DNA of 64,000 bases from Bacillota bacterium (GTDB lineage Bacteria > Bacillota > JAAYKD01), in contig OY762825.2 in assembly GCA_963666425.2 (NCBI GenBank), positions 2,432,001 to 2,496,000 on the forward strand. Direction: 5' to 3'. The translations under genes were made by a program, and so were the position numbers. The notes beneath the pieces are model-generated. The model worked only from the letters and a program-made list of their open reading frames with translations, ran no database searches and was not told the DNA's origin. This document shows positions 1 to 9,061 of the stretch, piece after piece (the stretch's first letter is position 1; the number at the start of each line of letters is the position of its first letter).

Positions 1-689
1 CCAACAACCTAACCAATCTTTCCGCGCTTGATTGGCTTGCTTTTTCGGAAAATAAGCTTCTCTCTCTTACATCCGGGAAACTGTTTGTGGATGATTTACA
101 ACTGAGGAAATTGCTGGACAAGCTTCACTTTTATCCCCCGGAGGTACAATTATTTCTTATTGCTTCCAATTGGTCACTGATCGCAGAAGAACAGGCCTTT
201 GTCAAGCGTTGTGCAGATGTTGGTGATGAGATAGGCTCCATTCTTGTTTGCGGAAGAATTGCCGAACGATTAATGCGGTTGGCTTTCTTATATTGCGGGC
301 AATATGCGCCTTACAGCAAATGGTTTGGCAAAGCATTTAGCCGATTGCCGTTGGATGAAAAGATCAAATCAACCATACTGAACGCTGTGCGGGCAGACAA
401 TATTGCAGACAGAGAGAATAATATTGTGCTTGCACAGCAATCACTGGCAGATTTACACAATTCCCTGAAGATAACGAAATTCGTCGATACTAAAATTGGC
501 AGCTATTTCAACAGAGATATCAAAGTGATTGCGGCAAAGCAGCTATCTGCTGAAACACATAAAAAGCTAGCGGGAACACCACTGGAGAATTATCCGTTGA
601 TTGGCTCATTATCAGCAGTAGCGAATTTTGTTACTTTAACGGATTACCCAGATTATCGTGAAAATATCAAGGTTCTTTATAAAGGCTAA
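1..689 (+). CDS. DUF4037-family protein, 5'-truncated by window edge
   Basis: Frame is open from position 3 (NNLTNLSALDWLAFSENKLLSLTSGKLFVDD...). DWL..E..L...T.G..F.D and YAPYSKW motifs are typical of DUF4037 proteins. Confidence 0.65.
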   Translation, partial: NNLTNLSALDWLAFSENKLLSLTSGKLFVDDLQLRKLLDKLHFYPPEVQLFLIASNWSLIAEEQAFVKRCADVGDEIGSILVCGRIAERLMRLAFLYCGQYAPYSKWFGKAFSRLPLDEKIKSTILNAVRADNIADRENNIVLAQQSLADLHNSLKITKFVDTKIGSYFNRDIKVIAAKQLSAETHKKLAGTPLENYPLIGSLSAVANFVTLTDYPDYRENIKVLYKG

Positions 690-746
690 TGGCTTTGTAA
701 AAGAGTCTTCATAATCCTAAAGATGGTTGCCTGCAGAAATAACTGA

Positions 747-834
747 GTCAATACCTATTTAGAAATATTTTAAAATAGGTATTGACTTCTTTGTTGTACT
801 GCGTTAGAATCTATTTAGATCAATTTCTAAATAG
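747..834 (+). promoter_or_regulatory. sigmaA-type promoter with two palindromic operators for the SdpR-like repressor
   Basis: TTGACT (783-788) and TAGAAT (805-810). 14-bp inverted repeat GTCAATACCTATTT/AAATAGGTATTGAC (747-786) overlaps the -35; related repeat CTATTTAGA-N6-TCTAAATAG at 811-834. Confidence 0.75.
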
Positions 835-852
835 CAATGAGGGGGTGGTGGA

Positions 853-1128
853 TTGGGGTTTGCAGAAACATTTAAAGCCTTGTCTGATCCTGTGCGGCGT
901 GAAATATTGGTCATGCTGCGTAACGGTAAATTATCTGCCGGTGAAATAGGAAAAGCCTTTGCCATGAGTGGCGCTACGGTTTCCTATCATTTATCACAGT
1001 TAAAAAAGGCAGGGTTGGTTACCGAAAGCAAATATAAAAATTTCGTATATTATGAACTGAATGCTTCAGTATTTGAAGAAGTCATGCTGTGGTTTTCACA
1101 ATTTGGAGGAAATAAGGATGAAAAATAA
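853..1128 (+). CDS. ArsR-family autorepressor, SdpR-like
   Basis: FKALSDPVRREIL, wHTH, SYHLSQLK and YYELNASVFEE; directly upstream of an SdpI-like gene. Confidence 0.85.
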   Translation: MGFAETFKALSDPVRREILVMLRNGKLSAGEIGKAFAMSGATVSYHLSQLKKAGLVTESKYKNFVYYELNASVFEEVMLWFSQFGGNKDEK

Positions 1129-1750
1129 AACAACGATTTTGTCTACTGTGCTCTGTCTCTTGCCGATTCTTTTAGCGGTTGCTGTTTATGATAAACTGCC
1201 CCAGCAGATCGCCATTCACTTTTCTGCGACCGGGAATCCAGACAACTACGCTCCCAAGGCATTCGCGGCCTTTGGGATTCCGCTTTTGTTGGCCGCCGTC
1301 AATTTGTATTCCAATTTTCGGGTAAATACCGATCCTAAAGTAGAAAAAGCGTCTGCTTCACTGCGTCTGCTGTCAAGATGGCTGTTGCCGTTGTTGTCTG
1401 TGGTCATCGTTCCAGTCACGCTCTTTTTAGCAATGGGTAAGCAAATTCCAATTGTGATGATCACTTCAGCACTGACCGGCTGTGTCGTTGTAATTTGTGG
1501 CAATTTCCTACCCAAGTGCAGACGGAATTATACGATTGGCATCAAGTTGCCGTGGACCTTGGATAATGAAGACAATTGGAATCGCACACACCGCTTCGCG
1601 GGTTTTGTCTGGGTGTTCGGTGGTTTTCTGATCATCATCAATGCGTTTATTCATATCTCTTATTTGCTGATTGCCGTAGTGATCGGTTTGCTCTTACTGC
1701 CACCCATCTATTCCTATTCGCTTTATCGTAAGCAAGTGAAAGAAAGCTAA
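1118..1750 (+). CDS. SdpI-family immunity membrane protein (DUF1648 + SdpI)
   Basis: LP.QIAIHF...G.PD, RNYTIGIKLPWTL..E.NW.RTHR motif, multiple TM helices; ATG 1118 follows a GGAGG RBS. Confidence 0.85.
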   Translation: MKNKTTILSTVLCLLPILLAVAVYDKLPQQIAIHFSATGNPDNYAPKAFAAFGIPLLLAAVNLYSNFRVNTDPKVEKASASLRLLSRWLLPLLSVVIVPVTLFLAMGKQIPIVMITSALTGCVVVICGNFLPKCRRNYTIGIKLPWTLDNEDNWNRTHRFAGFVWVFGGFLIIINAFIHISYLLIAVVIGLLLLPPIYSYSLYRKQVKES

Positions 1751-1754
1751 AAAT

Positions 1755-2456
1755 ATGGCAGTGTTTGCTAGCATTTTCACGATTCTTTGCGCTTTTGCTT
1801 TACCTTTCGCCGCGTCCATTGCTTTTACGAAGCGATTTCACGGAAGCTGGAAACCGCTGATTTTTGGAGCGTTTACCTTTCTCGTTTTTCAAGTGCTGCT
1901 TCGATTTCCCCTCCTGCAGCTCGTTCTGCCAAATATCGGATGGTACTCCACCTTCAGTATAACGCAGCCGATTCTGTATTCTATTTTTCTCGGTGTCAGT
2001 GCTGGGTTATTCGAAGAATTCGGCCGCTATTTCGTGATGCTGCTTTTTCTGCGAAAAAAACCGGATACGATCAGTGCAATCGCTTTTGGCATTGGGCACG
2101 GTGGTATTGAAGCCATCCTTTTATCGGGAATCAACGCCTTGCTGACACTGGTCATGAATGCGTCGACCGCTTCTACCGGGATGATCTTTGCATCGGGTCT
2201 GGAGCGGCTTTCTGCGATGTCATTGCATATTGCCTGGTCTGTCCTGATCATGAAAGCCATACGTGAGAAACGGTTCCGCTGGGTATGGCTTGCTTTTTTC
2301 TTACATAGCCTAGTGGATTCTGCTGCGACAGTCGCTGTTTATTTCGGTATCCCAGTTTGGCTGATCGAAGCAGCTCTAGTTCTATGCGCAGTTTTCTCAT
2401 GGACTATTGTGATTTCAGAATATAAAAAGGAGCGAATTCAAGATGAAAAAAACTAA
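1755..2456 (+). CDS. YhfC-family intramembrane glutamic/metalloprotease
   Basis: AGLFEEFGRY, GIGHGGIEA, ER..A..LH and LH...D motifs; multi-TM. Confidence 0.8.
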   Translation: MAVFASIFTILCAFALPFAASIAFTKRFHGSWKPLIFGAFTFLVFQVLLRFPLLQLVLPNIGWYSTFSITQPILYSIFLGVSAGLFEEFGRYFVMLLFLRKKPDTISAIAFGIGHGGIEAILLSGINALLTLVMNASTASTGMIFASGLERLSAMSLHIAWSVLIMKAIREKRFRWVWLAFFLHSLVDSAATVAVYFGIPVWLIEAALVLCAVFSWTIVISEYKKERIQDEKN

Positions 2457-2862
2457 AATTGGCCTGTTGCTGCTTCTGGTGGGAATGATTCTCTGTTCCT
2501 TCGTGGGATGTTCATCCAATAAGCTGGCCGACATCTACGCAGAAGATGAAGTAATCGCAAGAGCAAAGCAAGTGGTTGAAGTGATTCATTCGCTTGACTA
2601 CCCATTAATGATTCACGAACTGCGTGAGGATTTAAGAAATCAGCTGACCGCAGAGCAACTGAAGGAAACCTGGGATGCGAAATTGACAAAGGTAGGAGAA
2701 TTTAAGGAATATACCGCCACCGCAACGACCGGTCAAAAAAGTAAAACTACCGAGGAGGAGTATGCTGTGGCGGTACTAACCTGTAAATACGTCAATTCCA
2801 GTTTGACATATACGATTGTCATGGATAAAAACTTGGATGTGGTTGGTATGTATATGAAATAG
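2443..2862 (+). CDS. DUF3887-like lipoprotein
   Basis: Lipobox-type signal (FVGC) and a small NTF2-like domain (W......GEF, final G.Y). Confidence 0.65.
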   Translation: MKKTKIGLLLLLVGMILCSFVGCSSNKLADIYAEDEVIARAKQVVEVIHSLDYPLMIHELREDLRNQLTAEQLKETWDAKLTKVGEFKEYTATATTGQKSKTTEEEYAVAVLTCKYVNSSLTYTIVMDKNLDVVGMYMK

Positions 2863-2935
2863 TTTGCTTTGTCGTCATCACGGCAAAACCGATTGTTGAT
2901 TGGCATCATCAACCAGAATATTGCGGCTGTGAGAT

Positions 2936-2981
2936 AAGGACCAGCAGTTTAGGCCGATTACCTAAACGGGTTGGTCCTTTT
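2936..2981 (+). terminator. Intrinsic terminator
   Basis: AAGGACCAGC...GTTGGTCCTT stem with inner hairpin, followed by Ts. Confidence 0.6.
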
Positions 2982-3049
2982 GTTCTGGTTTGGTAAATCG
3001 CTTGCTTTCGCGTGGTATGATTGATTGGGAAGGTTTTTGAACAGGAGGC

Positions 3050-3808
3050 ATGCATAGAATGTTAAGTGATCTTTATGTGACTGGGGTTAAGCTGACGAGA
3101 GCGATCCCTCAAGACAGCTATCTGCACAAATTACCGGTGGTCAGACACTTGCGTGAGATGGATGAATTACCCCTGACGAGACGCGTAACCTTTCTTGTCG
3201 GTGAAAATGGCATCGGCAAATCCACCCTGATCGAAGCGATTGCTGTGTCAATGGGTTTCAATCCGGAAGGTGGGACCTGCAATTTCAATTTTTCGACCGA
3301 GGATTCTCATTCTGAGCTCTATCGCTATTTAACCATCTGCAAAGGAGTAAAGCGGCATAGAGATGGCTTTTTCCTGCGTGCAGAAAGCTTTTATAACCTG
3401 GCGTCGAACATTGATCAATTGGATCATGAACCCTCCTTTGGAGCATCGCTGATCGCAAGTTATGGCGGTGTATCCTTACATAAGCAATCTCATGGCGAGA
3501 GCTTTATGGCATTGGTAGAAAATCGCTTTAGTGGTCATGGCCTTTATCTGCTCGACGAACCGGAAGCGGCTTTGTCACCTTCGCGTCTGCTGCGGCTGCT
3601 CTGCCGTATCGACGATTTGGTGAAACAGGACTCGCAATTTATTATCTCTACTCATTCGCCAATCCTGATGGCGTTTCCCGGTGCAGAGGTACTCGAACTC
3701 TCAGAAAGTGGAATTCACTCTGTCCCATATCAGGAAACCGAGCATTTTCGTCTGACCAAACAGTTTTTGAATGCTCCGGAAAAAATGCTGAAATACCTGT
3801 TTGAATAG
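3050..3808 (+). CDS. ABC-fold ATPase (COG3910-like, AAA_21)
   Basis: Walker A GENGIGKST, FFLRAES, SHGE signature, LLDEPEAALSP, STHSPILM. Confidence 0.85.
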   Translation: MHRMLSDLYVTGVKLTRAIPQDSYLHKLPVVRHLREMDELPLTRRVTFLVGENGIGKSTLIEAIAVSMGFNPEGGTCNFNFSTEDSHSELYRYLTICKGVKRHRDGFFLRAESFYNLASNIDQLDHEPSFGASLIASYGGVSLHKQSHGESFMALVENRFSGHGLYLLDEPEAALSPSRLLRLLCRIDDLVKQDSQFIISTHSPILMAFPGAEVLELSESGIHSVPYQETEHFRLTKQFLNAPEKMLKYLFE

Positions 3809-3902
3809 TTTAGGATCGCTATGTGCTGTTTCGCTCCTGCAGACTGACTGAGGTAGGTGTAAAAGTTGTTCAAACTTCTGAACTTAACTTGCAGCGCACC
3901 AT

Positions 3903-3920
3903 CTTAAGATAGCCTTAAGA
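3903..3920 (+). promoter_or_regulatory. Putative VanR-binding direct repeat upstream of vanR
   Basis: CTTAAGA-N4-CTTAAGA (11-bp period, OmpR-type) upstream of TATAAT (3941-3946); a related box lies upstream of the ligase gene. Confidence 0.6.
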
Positions 3921-4005
3921 ATTTGATCATAGAAAAACTGTATAATAATCTACGATTTACTGCTATAATCAGAATGGATTATTAGAGTAAATAGGGAGCT
4001 GAACT

Positions 4006-4707
4006 ATGATGAAGGAGAAGATTCTGGTAGTTGATGATGAACAAGCGATTGCAGATTTGATCGAAGTTTACCTTGAAAGTGAGAACTTTATTATATATAA
4101 ATTTTATAATGGACGAGACGCTATCCAGTGTGTTGAAAACGAAATTCTGGACTTGGCCATTCTAGACATTATGCTGCCGGATATGAACGGTTTCACGGTC
4201 TGCCAGCAAATAAGAATAAAACATAATTTTCCAATCATCATGCTTACTGCGAAGGATGAAGAAATCGATAAAATTACCGGTCTCACCTTAGGTGCGGATG
4301 ATTATATCACCAAACCGTTTCGCCCATTGGAAATGGTTGCCAGGGTCAAAGCGCAATTACGCAGATTCAAAAAATACAATTCTACCGAGTTTACCCAAGA
4401 GGATAATATCATTGAGTTTACCGGATTCATTTTAAATAGGGATAAACATGAATGTTTGCTTAATGAGCGGCAACTCTCTCTAACTCCAATCGAGTTTTCT
4501 ATTCTGTGGGTCCTAGCCTCCAATCGTGGACGAGTGGTCAGTTCGGAAGAATTGTATCTTGAGGTGTGGGGAGATAAGTATTTCACCAACAGCAATAATA
4601 CGGTCATGGTACATATCAGACATCTGAGGGTAAAAATGCACGATAGAACAGAAAATCCGAAATACATAAAAACAGTATGGGGGGTTGGCTACAAAATTGA
4701 AGAGTAA
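4006..4707 (+). CDS. vanR: VanR-family OmpR-type response regulator
   Basis: Receiver domain (LDIMLP, GADDYITKPF) plus wHTH (NNTVMVHIRHLR, YIKTVWGVGY); heads the van cluster. Confidence 0.88.
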   Translation: MMKEKILVVDDEQAIADLIEVYLESENFIIYKFYNGRDAIQCVENEILDLAILDIMLPDMNGFTVCQQIRIKHNFPIIMLTAKDEEIDKITGLTLGADDYITKPFRPLEMVARVKAQLRRFKKYNSTEFTQEDNIIEFTGFILNRDKHECLLNERQLSLTPIEFSILWVLASNRGRVVSSEELYLEVWGDKYFTNSNNTVMVHIRHLRVKMHDRTENPKYIKTVWGVGYKIEE

Positions 4708-5815
4708 TTTCCGTTCCGGGTTTATGAAAAAGACCATTCTTCACTGCATCAGAGCAGAGATTTACGCGTCAGTTTTGTATGTGATGATACTTGCGGCGGG
4801 ATATTTTATTGTTCGTTACATCATTTGGCAACCGTCGCTTCTGTATCAATTCCTAAGGAGTTTAGTCCTTTATATCACCATTTTGATTCCAGTGGTATGG
4901 CTGATCATGGTTCTCATTATCATTTATTCTTACTGGAATAAGACAGCTGGTTATATAGAAGATGTCGTAGATGCTAGCAGAACACTGATTCAGCCGGATG
5001 ACGAAGACATCAAACTGTCGGAAGAACTGCGAGAAATTGAAAACAGTATGAATCAGATTAAAAAAACCGCGTTGAAGAATAAGCGGGAGGCCAAAGAAGC
5101 AGAACAGCGAAAAAATGATCTTGTGGTTAACCTTGCACATGATATCCGAACACCGCTTTCTTCCGTCATTGGATATCTAAACCTTCTAGACGAAGCACCT
5201 GATATGCCATCGGAACAGAGGATGAAATATACTGGTATTACTTTAGAAAAAGCTTATCGGTTGGAGCAATTGATTGATGAATTTTTCGAGATAACACGTT
5301 TTAACTTAAGCTCTATTGTGTTGAGCAAGAGGAAAATCAAACTTGCCTTTATGTTGCAGCAAATGGCCGACGAATTTTATCCAATGTTGGCTCCTCAAGG
5401 TAAACAAGCTGTTGTCCATGTATCGGATAGTCTTATTTTATGGGGAGACGCAGACAAACTCTCCCGCGTTTTTAACAATATTCTGAAAAATGCGATAGCG
5501 TATAGTTTTGAAGAAAGTATAATTACAATCACAGCTTTTTCTCAGGAATCAAATGTTGTCATCCAGTTTCTGGATCATGGAGATCCCATTCCCACGCAGA
5601 AACTAGACACGATTTTTGAAAGATTCTATCGGCTTGACGCCGCCCGTTCATCAAATACTGGGGGTGCCGGACTAGGCCTAGCTATTGCTAAGGAAATCAT
5701 CAGCGCTCATGGAGGTTCTATTTCTGCTCAAAGTGATGAAAATGAAACTATTTTTACTGTCAGATTGCCAAATGCTGAGGTTATAAACGAACAAACGCTC
5801 AGTTTTCTGAAGTAA
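4685..5815 (+). CDS. vanS: VanS-family sensor histidine kinase
   Basis: Two TM helices, H-box LAHDIRTPL, RLEQLIDEFFEITR, N-box NILKNA, FYRLD, GGAGLGLAIAK. Confidence 0.88.
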   Translation: MATKLKSNFRSGFMKKTILHCIRAEIYASVLYVMILAAGYFIVRYIIWQPSLLYQFLRSLVLYITILIPVVWLIMVLIIIYSYWNKTAGYIEDVVDASRTLIQPDDEDIKLSEELREIENSMNQIKKTALKNKREAKEAEQRKNDLVVNLAHDIRTPLSSVIGYLNLLDEAPDMPSEQRMKYTGITLEKAYRLEQLIDEFFEITRFNLSSIVLSKRKIKLAFMLQQMADEFYPMLAPQGKQAVVHVSDSLILWGDADKLSRVFNNILKNAIAYSFEESIITITAFSQESNVVIQFLDHGDPIPTQKLDTIFERFYRLDAARSSNTGGAGLGLAIAKEIISAHGGSISAQSDENETIFTVRLPNAEVINEQTLSFLK

Positions 5816-5838
5816 AAAACAGTTTTTCATCAGTTTTT

Positions 5839-5856
5839 CTTAAGAGGATCCTAAGT
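5839..5856 (+). promoter_or_regulatory. Putative VanR box upstream of the ligase operon
   Basis: CTTAAGA-N4-CCTAAGT; same period and sequence as the box at 3903-3920. Confidence 0.55.
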
Positions 5857-5941
5857 AAAAAATCATTTGCTACCTGTTCGATTTTGGTAAGATGAAATTA
5901 CCATATTGAACAGTTTTTTTTATATTTTGCGGAGGGATAAG

Positions 5942-6994
5942 ATGAATAAGAAAACAGTAGCAGTGATATTTGGCGGCTATTCTAACGAATACGAGGTTTC
6001 ATTACAGTCGGCATATTCGATGATAGAAAATCTTAGCACAGAAAAGTATAATGTTATTTTACTTGGTATTACCCAGCAGGGTGAATGGTTGAAGTACAGC
6101 GGAAATATCGAGCAAATACTAAGTAATACCTGGCAGAAACATATTACCTGCGTTCCTGCTGTTATTTCACCCGATCGCAAGATTCATGGTATTATTCTTA
6201 CACCTGAAAAAGGAAAGACCGCTATAATCCCTATTGATGTGGCTTTCCCTATTCTGCATGGAAAAAATGGTGAAGATGGCACCGTTCAAGGATTGCTCGA
6301 ATTGGCTGGTATCCCCTATGTTGGATGTGGCATACTCAGTTCGGCGCTCTGTATGGATAAGGACATTGCTCACAAGCTGGTGAGTCTGGCAGGGATAAAA
6401 ACACCAGTCTCCATCGTTTTGTGCTCGCAGATTTCAGAGGTGGAGTTATTAAAACGGACAGCACATTTGCATTATCCTTTATTTGTGAAGCCAGCGAATG
6501 CCGGTTCCTCTTTTGGTATCACAAAGGTGCTCGAAACCGGTGATTTGTCAGGCGCGGTGGAGACAGCATTTCGATATGACAGCAAAGTTATTCTTGAAGA
6601 AGCCATCTCCGGTTTCGAGGTTGGTTGTGCTGTGCTTGGCAATCGTACGCTCACGATCGGGGAGGTTGATGAAATTGAATTGTCACAAGGATTCTTTGAC
6701 TATATAGAAAAATACACATTGAAAACATCCAAAATTCATATGCCTGCTCGAATTGATGCAGAGGTTACAGAGCGTATCAAACAGACCGCAGCGACAATAT
6801 ATCGTACACTGAACTGCAGCGGTCTCGCTCGGGTGGATATGTTTCTTACCCCAGAAAAAGAAATTGTGTTTAGCGAAGTCAATACAATTCCGGGATTCAC
6901 TTCCCATAGCCGATACCCAAATATGCTCAAAGGCATCGGTATGTCTTTTGAGCAGATTGTTGATGAACTGATCAGGTTGGCAATATGTCAATGA
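5942..6994 (+). CDS. vanG: D-alanine--D-serine ligase, VanG-like
   Basis: ATP-grasp ligase motifs (GG.S.E.EVS, HG.NGEDG, GSSFG, EVNTIPG). Omega loop GFFDYIEKYTL has the EKY of D-Ala-D-Ser ligases; FTSHSRYP; van context. ATG 5942 follows GGAGG. Confidence 0.85.
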   Translation: MNKKTVAVIFGGYSNEYEVSLQSAYSMIENLSTEKYNVILLGITQQGEWLKYSGNIEQILSNTWQKHITCVPAVISPDRKIHGIILTPEKGKTAIIPIDVAFPILHGKNGEDGTVQGLLELAGIPYVGCGILSSALCMDKDIAHKLVSLAGIKTPVSIVLCSQISEVELLKRTAHLHYPLFVKPANAGSSFGITKVLETGDLSGAVETAFRYDSKVILEEAISGFEVGCAVLGNRTLTIGEVDEIELSQGFFDYIEKYTLKTSKIHMPARIDAEVTERIKQTAATIYRTLNCSGLARVDMFLTPEKEIVFSEVNTIPGFTSHSRYPNMLKGIGMSFEQIVDELIRLAICQ

Positions 6995-7749
6995 AAACGC
7001 TAAAATTGAGCAGATCTGATGTTACCAGAGGAGCTCTGATCCTTGTGAATCCGTCCCATCCACTGCAAGAAGACAGGAAAGAGAATGAACTGCTGCCGCT
7101 TCGTTCCGTTGCTACTCCTATTCTTTTAGAAAGACAAGCAGCAAAAATGCTGGCGAAAGTCATGTCTTTCTTGGACTGCGGAGAGCAGATTACACTGGTC
7201 AGTGGCTACCGTAACCGGCGGGAACAACAAACAATCTATGAAGACACTTTGCGTGAGCAGGGAGAGGATTTTACCAACAAGTATGTTGCTATACCAGGGT
7301 GTAGTGAGCATCAGACGGGTCTAGCTATCGATCTTGCCGAAAATAAGAACGATATTGATCTGATCTGTCCGGATTTTCCTTATACCGGAGTTTGCGGGCA
7401 ATTCCGGGAGCTCGCAGCACAATATGGTTTTATCGAGCGCTATCCGGCTGAGCGAGAGAGTATTACGCATATCGCACATGAGCCATGGCATTTCCGCTAT
7501 GTTGGCTATCCACACTCTGAAATAATGAAAGAAAAAATGTTGACATTGGAAGAATATACAGACTACCTTAAGCAATTTCCTTATCACGATACTCATTTTA
7601 CTTTTACACAAAAAGGGCATTGTTTTGAAATTTTCTATGTTCTCATTCTGCCCGATATGGTGTCTGTGATAGAAATTCCCGATGCAACACCGTATCAGAT
7701 TTCCGGTAATAACGATGGCGGTGTCTTGGTAACGCTTTGGAGAGCTTAA
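6985..7749 (+). CDS. vanXY: D,D-peptidase/carboxypeptidase, VanXY-like (M15B)
   Basis: SGYR, SEHQTGLAID and EPWHFRYVG zinc motifs; no TM anchor; C-terminal ISGNN.GG domain; overlaps neighbouring genes. Confidence 0.8.
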   Translation: MSMKTLKLSRSDVTRGALILVNPSHPLQEDRKENELLPLRSVATPILLERQAAKMLAKVMSFLDCGEQITLVSGYRNRREQQTIYEDTLREQGEDFTNKYVAIPGCSEHQTGLAIDLAENKNDIDLICPDFPYTGVCGQFRELAAQYGFIERYPAERESITHIAHEPWHFRYVGYPHSEIMKEKMLTLEEYTDYLKQFPYHDTHFTFTQKGHCFEIFYVLILPDMVSVIEIPDATPYQISGNNDGGVLVTLWRA

Positions 7750-8897
7750 TGAAAAACAGGTATAAGAAAGATGTAAAACAAGAAATGGATCGCGCTTGGG
7801 CGGAAATCAGCAAAGAGAATCTAGCCCACAATGTAAGGCTTCTACGTAGTGTGTTGCCAGAGACGTGTGATATCATGGCCGTTGTGAAAGCAAACGCATA
7901 TGGGCATGGCGATCTAGAAATTTCAAGATACCTAAACTGTTTGGATATTCGTGCTTTTGCCGTAGCTACCATCGAAGAAGGAATCCGACTACGTCAAAAA
8001 GGAGTTACAGGCGAGATACTTATTTTAGGTTATACGCCAGCTTCAAGAGCCTCCGAACTTTTTTATTTTCAACTGTCTCAGACGGTAGTTGATGCGGAGC
8101 ATGCGAAAGACCTGAATCGTTTTAGCAATTCACTGCAAGTTCATGTGAAAGTAAACACAGGTATGAACCGGCAAGGAGTTGATTTTAACCACTTGAATGA
8201 AATTATCTCCATATTTGCTTGTAAAAACCTTAGAATCAACGGGATTTTTACTCATCTATGCGTATCGGACAGTAATGAAACGGATGATATTGCTTTTACA
8301 AATCAACAGATTCAAGATTTTTTCGTGCTGCTGGAATGCTTGAAAAATGAAAATATTAAAATTCCAAAAATTCACATTCAAAGCAGTTATGGCATCCTGA
8401 ATTATCCCGGGCTTCCATGTGATTATGCCAGAATTGGTATTGCGCTTTACGGAATGTTGAGTGACCGAAGTGATCTGACCAAATTGTCATTGGATTTGAA
8501 ACCGATATTATCGTTGAAATCCAAGGTGTCGATGGTCAGAACCATCAAAATTGGTGAGAGCGTAGGATATGGTAGGGAATTTATCGCGAGCAAAAATTCA
8601 ATAATCGCTGTTGTTTCGATTGGCTTTGCAGATGGTATACCCCGCAATCTATCAACAGGAAAAGGTTCTGTTTTAATCAGGGGACACAAAATGCTGATTG
8701 TCGGTCGCATATGCATGGATCAATTAATGGTCGATGTCACTGGATTTACGGATATCGCCAGGGGAGATATCGTTACGCTGATCGGCAAGGATGGTACTGA
8801 AGAAATCCGAGCCGATCAGATGGCGGAATCTGCCGGGACAATTACGAACGAATTGCTCAGCAGATTAGGTAGTCGTCTGGAAAGGATATTTTTCTAA
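7749..8897 (+). CDS. vanT: Serine racemase, VanT catalytic domain only
   Basis: PLP motif AVVKANAYGHG, VGYG, GRICMDQ. TITNE has Asn where alanine racemases have Tyr. TAATG coupling to vanXY; no N-terminal membrane domain. Confidence 0.8.
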   Translation: MKNRYKKDVKQEMDRAWAEISKENLAHNVRLLRSVLPETCDIMAVVKANAYGHGDLEISRYLNCLDIRAFAVATIEEGIRLRQKGVTGEILILGYTPASRASELFYFQLSQTVVDAEHAKDLNRFSNSLQVHVKVNTGMNRQGVDFNHLNEIISIFACKNLRINGIFTHLCVSDSNETDDIAFTNQQIQDFFVLLECLKNENIKIPKIHIQSSYGILNYPGLPCDYARIGIALYGMLSDRSDLTKLSLDLKPILSLKSKVSMVRTIKIGESVGYGREFIASKNSIIAVVSIGFADGIPRNLSTGKGSVLIRGHKMLIVGRICMDQLMVDVTGFTDIARGDIVTLIGKDGTEEIRADQMAESAGTITNELLSRLGSRLERIFF

Positions 8898-9061
8898 TCT
8901 GAATTTGCCAACAGAGAATCATCAGGAGAATACTGGATGCAATTAAAATGTGTTTCTACTATTATTTTACTTGACTAAACCAAGCTTACCGATTATTATA
9001 TTTTTGTTATGATCTAAAATAAAAACGAACAAAAATATGTGATTATGAAAGCAGGTTTCCA

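Noticed and set aside
4340-4365. Ala in VanR ARVKAQLRR as equivalent of the constitutive C. difficile T115A allele
   Set aside because: As I recall, inducible VanA-type VanR has Ala here naturally, so it does not imply constitutive expression.
5942-8897. Housekeeping ddl/alr, or VanA/B-type D-Ala-D-Lac resistance
   Set aside because: The EKY omega loop, TITNE racemase motif and vanRS/vanXY context indicate D-Ser; no vanH dehydrogenase is present.
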